Virus record (IMG/VR): IMGVR_UViG_3300044641_004147
Coordinates: 29,347-93,346 of that record
Source of the DNA: a virus
Reading direction: 5' to 3' (one strand)
Length of the DNA stretch: 64,000 bases
Below the pieces are notes generated by a model, which saw only the letters and a list, made by a program, of their open reading frames with translations, searched no databases and had not been told where the DNA came from. Positions 9,359 through 21,273 of the stretch are shown here, one piece after another (within the stretch, counting starts at the first letter, position 1; each line of letters starts with the position of its first letter). The position numbers and the translations under genes were made by a program.

Positions 9359-11317
9359 GTGGCAAATAAGAACTTTGTAGTTAAGAACGGCCTTACGGTC
9401 GGCAATTTAGACATCGTAGCAGATTCTGGTGACTTAACCACCAGCGGCAATGTCACAGTCAATACACTCTACGCAGACACTCTGGTTAAAACCGGTGGCG
9501 GAACATTTACAGGATTTTCGGGCTCTGCAGGATCTGCAGGCTACACAGGTAGCTCAGGTAACCCGGGCGGCTACACTGGCAGTCGTGGCGACACTGGATT
9601 TACAGGCAGCACAGGCAATTTAGGCTACACTGGTAGTCAAGGTGCTGGTTTTGTAGGTAGCCAAGGTACTACAGGTTTTGTAGGCAGCAGTGGGCAATTT
9701 GGTTACACCGGCAGCGATGGTGCCACAGGTCCACAGGGCTACAGTGGTAGTCAGGGACAATCAGGCGCTACAGGCCCTACAGGTGTGGCCGGCGTTCCTG
9801 GAACTCAAGGCGCATCGGGCGTAACAGGTCCAACTGGTCCAACTGGTCCAACCGGAGCCACAGGTGCTCCAGGCCTGGGTATTAACATCAAGGGCTCAGT
9901 TGCTACAACAGGTAATTTACCCAGCACAGGCAATTTAAACAACGATTCCTATATTGTACAAGCAGATGGACACATCTGGGTTTGGAGCGGGTCTGCTTGG
10001 TTTGATGCTGGTTTAATCTTAGGCCCAACGGGTGCCACAGGAGCCACAGGTGCTGTAGGAGCCACAGGAGCCACAGGGCCAATTGGTTTTACAGGTAGCT
10101 TTGGAGCCACAGGTGCCACAGGTGCCGTGGGCGCCACAGGTTTCACAGGATTCATTGGTAGTCGCGGCCTGCAAGGCTTTGTGGGCAGTGTGGGTTTTGT
10201 GGGCAGTCAAGGCACAGGCTTTGTAGGTAGCCGAGGTACACTAGGATTCACAGGTAGCCAAGGCGCCGGATTTACTGGCAGTCGTGGCGAAAAAGGATTT
10301 ACTGGCAGCGAAGGTAGTTTGGGTTACACTGGTAGCTCTGGCGCCACAGGACCTTCGGGTATCGCTGGCTTTTCTGGCAGTGTTGGAGCAGGTTATACAG
10401 GCAGTGAAGGAACAATAGGCTACACTGGTAGTATTGGTTACGCAGGTAGTTCTGGTGCAGGTTTTACAGGTAGTCAAGGCACCGAAGGACCATCTGGTCC
10501 GCAGGGTTTACAGGGCTTACAGGGCGTTGCTGGATTTGTAGGCAGTGTTGGCGGCCCTGGGCCATCTGGCCCATCTGGTCCAGCTGGTCCAGTTGGATAC
10601 ACTGGTAGTTCAGCTGAAGGCGCTGGAATAAATCCAAGTTTGGCCATTATTAATGCCAACACCTGGACTTCGACTAGCACAACCACCGGAGCGTTACAGT
10701 TAGCCGGCGGCGCTGGCATACAGGGTAATGTTTATGTAGGCGAATCACTGTATGTTACTGGTAATATATTACCAACCAGCAATAACTTAGTAAACTTAGG
10801 TAGTCCTACACGCAGATTTAATACCCTATATGTGTCAGCTAACACCATTGACATTGGTGGCGGCACTATTAGCCTGGATAATCTGGGTCAGTTTAACATC
10901 AAAGGTGTTCATGGTAATCTAGTCATTGGTGCAAATACAGTTAGCTTTCTGAGTAATGTAGCCAGCACTGGTTACGGCATCATGCCGCCTAATACAATTA
11001 ATTTGTATCAAGCAGGTCCGTTAAAGATTATTAATGGCACTATGCGTTGGTATGCGCCATACAATTGTTTGGTAACCAAGGTCTATCCAAGAGTGGTCAG
11101 CAGTGCTGATGCAGCAGTGCATATTAGGTTGAAGAAAAATGACAATACATTAATTACGCTGGTCATTGGCGCTAATCAATTTGATTCAGCACCATATATT
11201 GCCGGCATTAATATGTTGGCCGGAGACTATTTTACAGTAGATGTAATACAAATTGGCAGCAGTGCCAAGCCTGGTGCAGAATTGTATGTTCAGTTTCAGT
11301 ACCAATTTGTGGTATAA
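9359..11317 (+). CDS. Collagen-like fibre protein
   Basis: GTG start. Long G-X-Y runs ([17 protein letters not shown]) interrupted by a [10 protein letters not shown]...WVWSGSAW module; beta-rich C-terminal domain. Confidence 0.8.
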   Translation: MANKNFVVKNGLTVGNLDIVADSGDLTTSGNVTVNTLYADTLVKTGGGTFTGFSGSAGSAGYTGSSGNPGGYTGSRGDTGFTGSTGNLGYTGSQGAGFVGSQGTTGFVGSSGQFGYTGSDGATGPQGYSGSQGQSGATGPTGVAGVPGTQGASGVTGPTGPTGPTGATGAPGLGINIKGSVATTGNLPSTGNLNNDSYIVQADGHIWVWSGSAWFDAGLILGPTGATGATGAVGATGATGPIGFTGSFGATGATGAVGATGFTGFIGSRGLQGFVGSVGFVGSQGTGFVGSRGTLGFTGSQGAGFTGSRGEKGFTGSEGSLGYTGSSGATGPSGIAGFSGSVGAGYTGSEGTIGYTGSIGYAGSSGAGFTGSQGTEGPSGPQGLQGLQGVAGFVGSVGGPGPSGPSGPAGPVGYTGSSAEGAGINPSLAIINANTWTSTSTTTGALQLAGGAGIQGNVYVGESLYVTGNILPTSNNLVNLGSPTRRFNTLYVSANTIDIGGGTISLDNLGQFNIKGVHGNLVIGANTVSFLSNVASTGYGIMPPNTINLYQAGPLKIINGTMRWYAPYNCLVTKVYPRVVSSADAAVHIRLKKNDNTLITLVIGANQFDSAPYIAGINMLAGDYFTVDVIQIGSSAKPGAELYVQFQYQFVV

Positions 11318-11323
11318 TAAATA
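11318..11323 (+). promoter_or_regulatory. Late promoter TAAATA
   Basis: Immediately after the stop at 11317 and upstream of 11343. Confidence 0.5.
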
Positions 11324-11342
11324 TAAAATGTTGGGGATTTAA

Positions 11343-13163
11343 ATGGCTATTATTAAAGTAAATGGAACAAGTATGCAGACCTGTGCAGTCTTCGAAGACA
11401 CACGGCCTACAGGTAACAGGTTTTATTTTTGGCAAGACGCACACAAGGAAACAAACTTAGAATATGTACTAACTGGCTTATTGATTCACAATACTGCCGC
11501 TACTACTATTTCAGGGTATGGATTTCCTAGTTTTAGTCCAAATACCACTGATTGGCGTCATACTGGTATATTAATGCTAGGTGGCGAAGTTGTACATTGC
11601 AGTCATCAAATTACCACTAATAACGATCGCAGAAATAACTTAGATTTCACTATGTTAACCAGCATGGATCCTGCAAATCCTACTCGCAATCATAGATATG
11701 TCACAGACACAACCGGCAACAATGCTTTATTCAGTCAGTTCAACCATATGCAGGTTCCGGCCGCTGCCCCTAGTGTTACATACCAAACAAGATATAATGT
11801 AGTTGGCGAAATAGATTCTCAACCTCCAACTAAGGCTAGCTCAGTAAACTATTATCAAAGTTGGGCAGTTTTCTGGAGACAGAGCACCGGTAACATGATT
11901 CAAATTACCAACAACTATAACAGTTCAAGTGATACTAACTGGCCAAACCATCTCTGCCCAGGTCGTATTCAAAGTGTATTAACTGGTCCTGGTACTACTA
12001 CATTAACCTATGCTGCCCCGACTACTTATCAAAACGTTATGTTCCAGTTTTTAGGAATAGCCACAAACGGTCAGGCTATATTTTTAAACAACTCTCTGGA
12101 TAACGATCACACGCAATTATTGATGCGTTATAATGATGTTGACAATACTATAACAACATTGGCAACATTTAACGCAGCCGTGACCGCAGCCGGGACCAGT
12201 GCTGGTGGCAGTCGCGGAACAGCACATGGAAATACACTGACTAAATTTAGCAGTAAAACATTTACAGATCCTACCAGCGCCGGTAATACTGCATGGTACA
12301 CACCATTTGTTGATAGCTCGGGTAACTTCCATCCGCACTTTTTCCAGTGGAATAGAACTGCTGATACATTTACTCGTAACAGTAATATCACAGTTAACTG
12401 GGGTGCTGGTACTAACCAAAGTACAAACTGGTTACCGGACACCCTGAGTGCAGCCAGCTCGTCGACTGTGCATATGATTCAGCGTTTCTGGTATAACGAA
12501 ACATTTACAGTATCTGGCACCAGATACTTAACATTGATTCAATGTCACGGGTCCGGTGCAGTCTATGACAGTGAACCTAAATATAGAACATTTATAACTT
12601 TCAGCATTGATGCAGCTGATCCAAAGATCTTAAACTATCACAGTCGTGCAATTATTCCTGTGACACCTAAGAATATTATCTGGCTCAATGACGATCGTAC
12701 ACAGATGGGTGTGTTTACCTGGAATAACTTCTACATCTATACATTTACAGCAGGCAGTGGCTGGAGTCAAACTGCCAACTTACCATTTAGATTCGAAGCA
12801 GTGGGCCGAGACCAACTTGGAAGAATCTGGGCCGTGGACGGTGGACAATACACTTTTGGCAGATTGCACTTGATTACACCAGCTGTGCCAACCACAGTGT
12901 CTGTGGTCATGGCTCAAAGCAATTATAATTATCAAGGTTCAGTGGTTAATACCACTGCTACAGTAAATGCCTATGACCAATCTGGCAATAGAATAGCCGC
13001 AGTGGTTACACTGAAGATCGAAGGCAGTTCAATGCGTTTGGTCAGCGGCGGCACAGAATACACAGAGCTAGCAGTGACTACATCTAACAGTGCAGATACC
13101 ACTGTTAATATCAGAGTAGTTGCAGCCGGAACCAGCAACATTGTTGCTTCCGTTAACATTTAA
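11343..13163 (+). CDS. Putative virion/receptor-binding protein, paralogue of 13436..15346
   Basis: Shares DPTSAGNxAWYTPxxDSSGxFHPxFFQWNRTxDTFTRN and an Ig-like C-terminus with 13436. Confidence 0.7.
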   Translation: MAIIKVNGTSMQTCAVFEDTRPTGNRFYFWQDAHKETNLEYVLTGLLIHNTAATTISGYGFPSFSPNTTDWRHTGILMLGGEVVHCSHQITTNNDRRNNLDFTMLTSMDPANPTRNHRYVTDTTGNNALFSQFNHMQVPAAAPSVTYQTRYNVVGEIDSQPPTKASSVNYYQSWAVFWRQSTGNMIQITNNYNSSSDTNWPNHLCPGRIQSVLTGPGTTTLTYAAPTTYQNVMFQFLGIATNGQAIFLNNSLDNDHTQLLMRYNDVDNTITTLATFNAAVTAAGTSAGGSRGTAHGNTLTKFSSKTFTDPTSAGNTAWYTPFVDSSGNFHPHFFQWNRTADTFTRNSNITVNWGAGTNQSTNWLPDTLSAASSSTVHMIQRFWYNETFTVSGTRYLTLIQCHGSGAVYDSEPKYRTFITFSIDAADPKILNYHSRAIIPVTPKNIIWLNDDRTQMGVFTWNNFYIYTFTAGSGWSQTANLPFRFEAVGRDQLGRIWAVDGGQYTFGRLHLITPAVPTTVSVVMAQSNYNYQGSVVNTTATVNAYDQSGNRIAAVVTLKIEGSSMRLVSGGTEYTELAVTTSNSADTTVNIRVVAAGTSNIVASVNI

Positions 13164-13174
13164 GAGAGAGTAAC

Positions 13175-13426
13175 ATGGGAACTAAAATTGTAGAGAAAAA
13201 AGGCCAGGGAGCCGACGGAAACGAAATCACTGTGAAAAAGATTCAATTGAGTTTTGACGGTACTAATCTCAATGCATCGGAGCTTAGAAACGACGAATCC
13301 GGTACCGAAGTTGCAACACTGTACTTGGTACAGCCGTGGAAATGTTTTTCGGATGGTACCATTGGTAATTTTACTTCAGAAGAAGATGCATTTAACTGGG
13401 CAGAAGATAATCTGTACCTGTTCTAA
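13175..13426 (+). CDS. Small acidic hypothetical protein
   Basis: 83-aa ORF between the two paralogues, with GAGAG SD. Confidence 0.7.
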   Translation: MGTKIVEKKGQGADGNEITVKKIQLSFDGTNLNASELRNDESGTEVATLYLVQPWKCFSDGTIGNFTSEEDAFNWAEDNLYLF

Positions 13427-13435
13427 GGACTAACC

Positions 13436-15346
13436 ATGGCAATTTTAAAAAATATATACTATCCAGTTATAACCGCAGCAGTCACTGAAGATCCTACTCC
13501 GGGCAGCAGCAAAATTTATATGCAATTTGAAGCATATGATCGTGTGACACTGTCACCGCTGTTTAATCAAGGATTGAATCACAGTACCACTGGAGTTGAT
13601 TTTGCTGGGTTTGGCTCCAGTTATGTAAGAAATGATAGCTGGCAAGCCGGGCAGATGGGAAAACTATTGCTCAATGGACCGGTAACTGAAGTGAACATAT
13701 CTAACACCAGTAACAACAGTATTTGGAACATGGTCGATCCTACCATGTGGCACAGCATGGACCCTACTAGGCCTATTCGTAAGGTCAGATATGACACCAA
13801 CGGAACGACTTCAGTCATAGGAATGTACGCTCCAAAGATTGTAGGACCCGACGACGGTCGTGGCGCCGCCAACGGTACCTGGGCAGAAGCCGGTGACGGC
13901 CATTGTTGGACACAGACCTGCTTGCGTTACAATCCAGTAAACATGGAAAGTTCGTTGCCTTACTCAAATCTCCGCCGAGGCAATCAAGGTGCAGGTACTC
14001 ACGGTATGCGAGCCGGCATGTGTTTTTACCCAGTGTATTTTAACACCAGCACCGGTAACATGGTTATGTTGCAGTGGGCTGGCGCAAGAACTAGTCCCGA
14101 CAACGACAACAACAACACTCCTGGTTATAACAGAGCACCATCCACTGGTTATGGAGCTAGATTCACTAACTACCTGAGTACTTCCTACGGCTGGTCAGGA
14201 AATACATCAACTTATTTCCAAAATAGAAATTCACAGTTCTTAGGCGTCGACACCGGTGGCCGCGCTATATTTTTAATCAACGATGTAGCATCTGATTTCA
14301 CCCAACAAGTTATCAGATATTTTGATGTGGATAATACCACTTCGGTGTTGTTTACTAATACCACTGCTCCTTCGGCTGCTGGTACTAATGCCGGTGGCAA
14401 CAGAGATACTGCATATGGCAGTTATTTTGCAAAATACAGTACCTTGACTTTTAGCGACCCTACCAGTGCTGGTAATGTAGCATGGTATACTCCTTATTTT
14501 GACAGCTCGGGTAAATTCCATCCATTTTTCTTTCAATGGAATAGAACCACAGATACATTTACTCGAAACAATGACATAACTGTTAACTGGGCTGGTGCAA
14601 CAAACCAAGAAAATATTTGGAGTCCTGACACAATTACGGGTAGTATGAATAACTCAGCCTTTGGGTTACAGAGATTTGTGTTTACTGATACATGGACTGT
14701 AAGCTCTACTAGATATCTAATGTTTGGTCAAGTCCACGGAACCGGAACTGTTTACGATAACATACCCAAGGCAAGAACTTTTGTAGTGTTTACAGTAGAT
14801 GCGGCTAACCCAAAACTGTTAACATATCATAGCTCTATAACAATTCCTACAACACCTAGAAATATAATCTACTTTAACGAAAACACTAGGACACAAATGG
14901 GAGTGTTTTCTGCATCGGCCTTTTACACATATAACTTTGCGCCAGGAACTGGCTGGGTATTAACTGGCACATTGCCGTTTACTTTTGCTGCCTGCGGTGT
15001 AGACAGCCTGGGTAGAATTTGGGCCATGGCACCAGGTCCGCATGGCTACGGTGAAATACACATGATTACATTGAATGTACCAGTGACCATTTCTGTGACT
15101 TCTCCACAGATCAGTTACAATTTTACTGGTACAAATATTAATTCTTCATTAACTGTCAATGCCTATGATACCGCAGGAGCAAGAATAGCTGTGGCTGTCA
15201 AACTGGTCATCGATGGAGGTTCAATGACCTTTGCCGGCAGCACATTGACTACTACTATAAATACTTCGGCTTCTGCTGATACTACTGTTCCGGTTGTTAT
15301 TACAGGTTCGGGCATCAGTAACGTTATTGCCAGCGTAGTGTTGTAA
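13436..15346 (+). CDS. Putative virion/receptor-binding protein, paralogue of 11343..13163
   Basis: AAGGA SD; conserved C-terminal region and divergent N-terminal region. Confidence 0.7.
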   Translation: MAILKNIYYPVITAAVTEDPTPGSSKIYMQFEAYDRVTLSPLFNQGLNHSTTGVDFAGFGSSYVRNDSWQAGQMGKLLLNGPVTEVNISNTSNNSIWNMVDPTMWHSMDPTRPIRKVRYDTNGTTSVIGMYAPKIVGPDDGRGAANGTWAEAGDGHCWTQTCLRYNPVNMESSLPYSNLRRGNQGAGTHGMRAGMCFYPVYFNTSTGNMVMLQWAGARTSPDNDNNNTPGYNRAPSTGYGARFTNYLSTSYGWSGNTSTYFQNRNSQFLGVDTGGRAIFLINDVASDFTQQVIRYFDVDNTTSVLFTNTTAPSAAGTNAGGNRDTAYGSYFAKYSTLTFSDPTSAGNVAWYTPYFDSSGKFHPFFFQWNRTTDTFTRNNDITVNWAGATNQENIWSPDTITGSMNNSAFGLQRFVFTDTWTVSSTRYLMFGQVHGTGTVYDNIPKARTFVVFTVDAANPKLLTYHSSITIPTTPRNIIYFNENTRTQMGVFSASAFYTYNFAPGTGWVLTGTLPFTFAACGVDSLGRIWAMAPGPHGYGEIHMITLNVPVTISVTSPQISYNFTGTNINSSLTVNAYDTAGARIAVAVKLVIDGGSMTFAGSTLTTTINTSASADTTVPVVITGSGISNVIASVVL

Positions 15347-15362
15347 TCAAAGGATAAGAACA

Positions 15363-18300
15363 GTGACTCAAGCCACCGGCGGTACAATATCGTACTATAT
15401 TAGAAACAATGTTGCTTACAAAGTACATACATTTACTACCAGCAGTACTTTAACTGTAACCGAAACAGGCAACATTGACATTTTAGCTGTAGCCGGCGGT
15501 GGTGCCGGGCATGGCTATGTTGGCGGTGGAGGTGGTGCTGGTGGACTACTGTATCAAACAAACTTATCAATTGCCAGTAATTTAACTATTACCATTGGTG
15601 CTGGATCCACTGGTGCTCAATACGGAACTACACAAGACGCTGCCAATTCGGCCGCCGGTGGGAACACCACTGTAACAGGCACTGGCGTAAGTTTAACTGC
15701 TGTTGGCGGAGGTAGTGGCGGTGGATATTCGGACTCCAATGGCAGTGCTGGTGGATCTGGCGGTGGTGTTGGTGGCGAGCAAACCGGCGGCGGTACTGGC
15801 GGTGCTGCCACTGGCAGTCAGGGTAACCGAGGCGGAAATAGCGTAAGTGGGCGCAGTGGTAATGCTACCGGAGGTGGTGGTGGCGGTGGTGCAGGTGCTG
15901 TTGGTGGCAACAGCATAGGAGCAGGTACAACCACAGCTGGATCAGGTGGTGCAGGTAAACGCGAAGGTGTGGACTTTTTCATTGATGGCTCTGGGCTATG
16001 GTATGCAGGCGGTGGTGGTGGTGGCATGTTCAATGCTGGAACTGCTGTGGCCACCGGTGGCAATGGCGGAGCTGGTGGAGGTGGCGGTGGTGGCGCTTTT
16101 GGCAGTGTAAGCACTCCCGGTGCCGGAGGAATTGGCCGCAACACTGGCGGAATTGGTCAAGGCAGTGATACTGCTGGACGAGGTGGCGACGGCGGAGCCA
16201 ATACCGGTGGCGGCGGCGGCGGAGTAGGTCACTATAGCACAGGAACTAACGGCAGAGCCGGATCTGGTGGATCCGGTATTGTTATTGTTCGGTATTCATT
16301 TACACCCACAGGATTAACTGCTACACGAAATTCTGCAACACTGACACTAAACAAATACGCAACCAATACCAGTACAGCACCAGTGACTGGCACCAGTGGC
16401 TCTAATGTTTACTCGTATTCTATTAGCCCTGCACTGCCAACGGGTTTATCTATTAACACCAGTACCGGTGCCATTGTTGGACAACCGCAGACTGCGGTCA
16501 CTGGTGTTACCTATACGGTTACAGTCAATGATGGATTTATTTCCGAAAGCAATACATTTAGTCTAACTACCACTACAAATTTGGCAACATCTATTGAAGC
16601 TGCCGGAGGTAGTTTAGGTTATTACTATAACAGTACTAGAAATACAATTTACAAAACACACACATTTACTTCAGCAGGAAATCTAGTGGTAACCACTCCG
16701 GGTACTATTACCATTTCTGCCTGGGGTGGAGGTGGTGGTGGTGGTTGGACCGCAGGATCCGGTGCAGGTGGCGCTGGAGCTTTTGTACAGGGCGATTTTG
16801 CAGCCAGTGTAGCATCTTACGGCATTGTAGCCGGAGGTGGTGGTTTGTCAAGAGCCAACGATGTTGGCCCCGGCGCAGCCCCAACTGGTGGCGGTGGCTT
16901 GCCAGGTAACGCAGGTTACGGTGGCCAAGGTGGTGGATACAGTGGATTTTTTGCAACCACTACTATTAATCAAGCTGGAGCATTATTGATTGCCGGTGGT
17001 GGTGGTGGTGGTGGCTGGGAAGGCAGGGCCGGCGGTGCTGCCGGAATTGCCGTAGGAAGCCCGGGGCAAGACGGAACAACATATGGCGGCCGCGGTGGCA
17101 GTCAAACAGCCGGTGGCTATTCGGCCAGTGGAGCCGGCAGCGCACTACAAGGTGGTAATATTGCTGCTCAAGGTGACGGAGGTGGTGGCGGAGGCGGCGG
17201 CGCTGGCTACTTTGGCGGAGGCGGTGGAACCAGTGACGGTACCGGATCTGGCGGCGGAGGTGGCAGCAGCTATTTTGCCGGCAACATAACCACTACTACA
17301 GGCGAAGCCGGCTCGGGAACGATATCTGGCGGAACTACCAGTGCATTATATCGTGGTTGGGGTATAGGAGGAGCGTCCGGGGCAAATAACGGAAATCCTG
17401 GCGCAGTGATTGTATCTTATCCGTTTGAGCCTTCGCCGTTGATAACAACAGTTGCAACTCCTAGTGTAACTTTAAATCGTTGGACCAATAACGGCGGCGT
17501 GACACCAATTACAGTCACTGGTGGACTGGCACCATATTATTACACAGTAAGTCCTGCAGTACCAGCAGGGCTACATTTTAATACATCAACTGGACAAATA
17601 ACCGGTCAACCAATTACGGCCACTGCATCAACTGTTTATACTGTTACTGTAAGAGATTCTACTATTACTCTACTTGGAGCACCAGTTAATAGCGCCATCG
17701 ATACTTTTACGCTGACAACTACTATAACATTACCCGGTGCCCAAACAGTCACTGGAGGCAGTACATCTACTACTTCTGCTAACGGACTAAACTATCAAGT
17801 ACATACATTTACATCTTCGGGCAATTTAACTCTAGGTCAAACAACTACACTAGAGTATCTTGCAGTAGCCGGTGGTGGAGGTGGTGGCGGACGACATGGT
17901 GGAGGTGGTGGCGGTGGCGGATTAGTTACCGGCACCATAGCTTTACCTGCTGGTACATATCCAATTATTGTAGGAGCCGGTGGCTCGGGAGCACAAACTG
18001 ACACACAGGGTATCGATGGTGTTGATTCGGGTATAATTCAAAGTCTGCAACACGGCTCTGGTGAGTTTGATGGCAGATCAAGCTATATACAGTTGGCTAA
18101 TAGTACAGCACTGGCATTAAATGGAGTGTCTTGGACTATAGAATGTTGGGTAATGCCAACTGGTGATTACTCAGGACAAGGTAGAACTATTTTCAGTAAG
18201 CGAGTGTCTGGCGCTACAACTACTGCATATTATGGATATTTACAGGCAACAACTGGATTTGTAGGATACTACAACGGAACAACAGAATTAACATCATCGA

Positions 18301-21242
18301 CTGTGCTTACTCCTAGAGTATGGAGTCATATTGCATGGGTTTACAACGGTACTAACATAAGAATTTTTGTAAACGGAGTATCTGTATTAAACACTGCAAC
18401 AGCAGTTAGTGAAATCAATGAGCCATTGGTAATTGGTGGAACACGGGGATACAATGCTTGGTTCCATGGATACATAAGTAACCTTAGAATTGTTAAGGGT
18501 ACAACACTGTACACAGCAGACTTTACACCGCCTATAGGCCCATTAACAGCTATCAGCGGAACAAGTTTGCTAACACTACAACATCCAACTGCTTGGGTAG
18601 ATAGTTCAACCAATGCGGCTGCTATCACTACCAGCGGCACTCCAGTACAGAGTCCGTTTAACCCATTTAACAATCTGGATGCATCCGGGGGCGGTGGTGG
18701 CGGTTCTTATTCTAGTAACGCACCAACTGCGGGTCGTGTTGGAGGATCTGGTGGCGGCGGCGGTACCAGCGGGGCAGCTGGCGGCGCAGCCTGGATAGGA
18801 CAGGGCAACGCAGGTGGACAAGGTAACAACGACGAAGGTGGTGGCGGTGGTGGCGCCGGCACTCCTGGTCAAACTGCTGTAGGCAGTGTTTATGCTGGTG
18901 CTGGTGGTACGGGCGCAATATCAAACATTGACGGTCTAAACTATTACTATGCAGGTGGCGGTGGCGGTGGATCTTGGCAACAAATTGCCGGCGCCGGCGG
19001 ACTTGGCGGTGGTGGCGGTGGTGGTGGTGGCGATACGGCAACAACCAATGCTGGTGCAGGTGGCACCGGCGGCCGCACCAATGGTGCTGCTGGTGTAGCA
19101 GGATTTAGTGGAAATGTCAACGGCGGTGCTGGCGGAGCCAACACTGGTGGCGGTGGCGGATCCAGCGGTCAGCGTGACTTCCAAAGCTATACTGGCGTAG
19201 GCGGCAATGGTGGTTCGGGTATTATAATCGTTAGATACATTACCGGTCCTGGGCAGTTGTTAACTTCAAAAGTAATACCAGAAGTATTATTTGGAAAGTA
19301 CGATAATACACCACAGATTCCGGTCGCTCCAATTGGTGGAACAGCACCATACACTTAGTCTATTAGTCCCAGCTTACCTGATGGCGTGTTATTTTCCTCT
19401 GGTAACGGTGCGGTGTACGGTACACCATCTGTGGCAGTATACGATGCTACTTATACTGTTTCTATCACAGACTCATCAGCAACACCGGTTACTGCAACAA
19501 ATACCTTTGTATTGAGCACCAGCGTTAGCTATCAATATGCCATAGATTTAGTGGCAAATAGGCTGTTAAAAATTACCACTGAATATGGAATTTCAGACAC
19601 CGACAGACGATCGGCTTATATCGAAAGTCCGGGCGCACAGATCATTACAAATAACTTACAGTCTAATAACAAATCTTTGATATACGGCAATGTGTTGTCT
19701 GTGTCTAGTCTGGCTAATGTTACATATGGAATTGGCCCGGATATAGTAACCACAGTCACAGTGCCCACTACATTTAATAACTATGTCAATGTCGGTGGAA
19801 ACCTAAAGACATATTACGGTAATATTGTGGCCAATGTCAGTGGATTCTTTTTATCTAATGCATTTTATGGCACAGCGGGCTCATACACCTGGACTGTGCC
19901 TGCTGGAGTATCTAGTATCAGTGTTGCCGGAGTTGGTGGCGGTGGTGGTGGAAGCCAAAAAACTACCGGAGGTTCTGGTGGCGGTGGTGGTCAGTTAACC
20001 TATATCAACAATGTACCAGTTACTCCCGGGGATACTTATACCATTGTTATTGGTACCGGGGGCAACACTGGCAGTAACTTTGGTGTCAGTGGTGGTGATA
20101 CCTACATGTTCAAAAACACAGGAAATACTGTGCCAATATTATTGGCCACCGGCGGTCGTGGTGGAGACAGCATGTACTGGACAGACACTTCTAGTTTTGT
20201 TTCGGTATCTAGCTCTCCGGCATCAATGTCATTTTACACATTTCGGGCCACGAGTCCGTTGAATCAAACTATAACCTATAGTTTTTCTGGACCATTACCC
20301 GGTAATGTTACTGTAAATTCTTCTACTGGTGTATTGGGCGGAGTGCCCGAAACAGTAGGAAATGTAACCAATTATCCAATCACTGTGTCGGCAGTGACCA
20401 CAGCACAAACAATTACAAAGCCATTTACTTTGACAGTTAGACCATTAACTGAAGTTACTTATGTTGCAATCGGTGGAAATACATTAGGAACTGCTACCAC
20501 AGGATCCTTTACAGTGTTAAACACACCTTTTGTTGATGTTTGGGGATGTGCCGGCGGTGGTTCTACAATTGCGCCAGGAGCTGAACCGGGAGCCGGCGGT
20601 GGTGGCGGTGGCGCTAGCCAACTGAATGGTTATAGACTGACCGTGACTCCCGGGGAAACACTTACTTATAGTATTGGAAGTTATGGTCAGCCTACTACTA
20701 TCAGTCGTGGCGGTACGGTCATCTTCCAATTAAATGCTGGTAGTAGTACTACCAATTCTACTGGTGGTGCCGGCGGCACTGCTAACAGTTATTCAAGTCA
20801 TGCGGGTGGTGCAGGCGCCAACGGAGGTGGAAGATTCACCGGAGGCAGCACCGCATCCAATGTGACTGGTTGTGCCGGCGGAGGTGGTGGCGGCGGCTAC
20901 GGTGATAATAGTCCTTATACCCTTGGCGGGGCAGGCGGCAATGGCGGCACTAGCAGCGTTCCGGCTGGATCAATTTGTATCGGCAGCATAGGGGGCACAG
21001 GTGGTGCTAGAACCAATCCACCAACAAGAGGTGGAAACATACTATTGGCTGAAGGCGGTAGAGTCACCAACGAAGGCTGGCAAGGCATGGGCGGTGGAGC
21101 AGGAGGAGGAATTAAGATAAATGCTATCAGCACTACCAATTTCTACGGAGGTGGCGCTGGTGGCGCTGGTGCTGTATATACAGCTAACCAAACACCCGGT
21201 GGACCTGGTTGCCTCTACGTATATTGGAATGCTAACAGTTAA
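15363..21242 (+). CDS. Giant Gly-rich/He_PIG/LamG adhesin of 1959 codons interrupted by an in-frame TAG at 19356-19358 (readthrough gene or nonsense allele)
   Basis: ORFs 15363..19358 and 19386..21242 are in the same frame. The stop falls inside a He_PIG motif: GGTAPYT*SISPSLPDGVLFSSGNGAVYGTP. Confidence 0.75.
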
Positions 21243-21245
21243 ATA
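21240..21245 (+). promoter_or_regulatory. Late promoter TAAATA overlapping a stop codon
   Basis: agtTAAATActg, followed by TAAGGA SD and ATG at 21274. Confidence 0.5.
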
Positions 21246-21273
21246 CTGACATAAAGAATTTAAGGAAATATAA

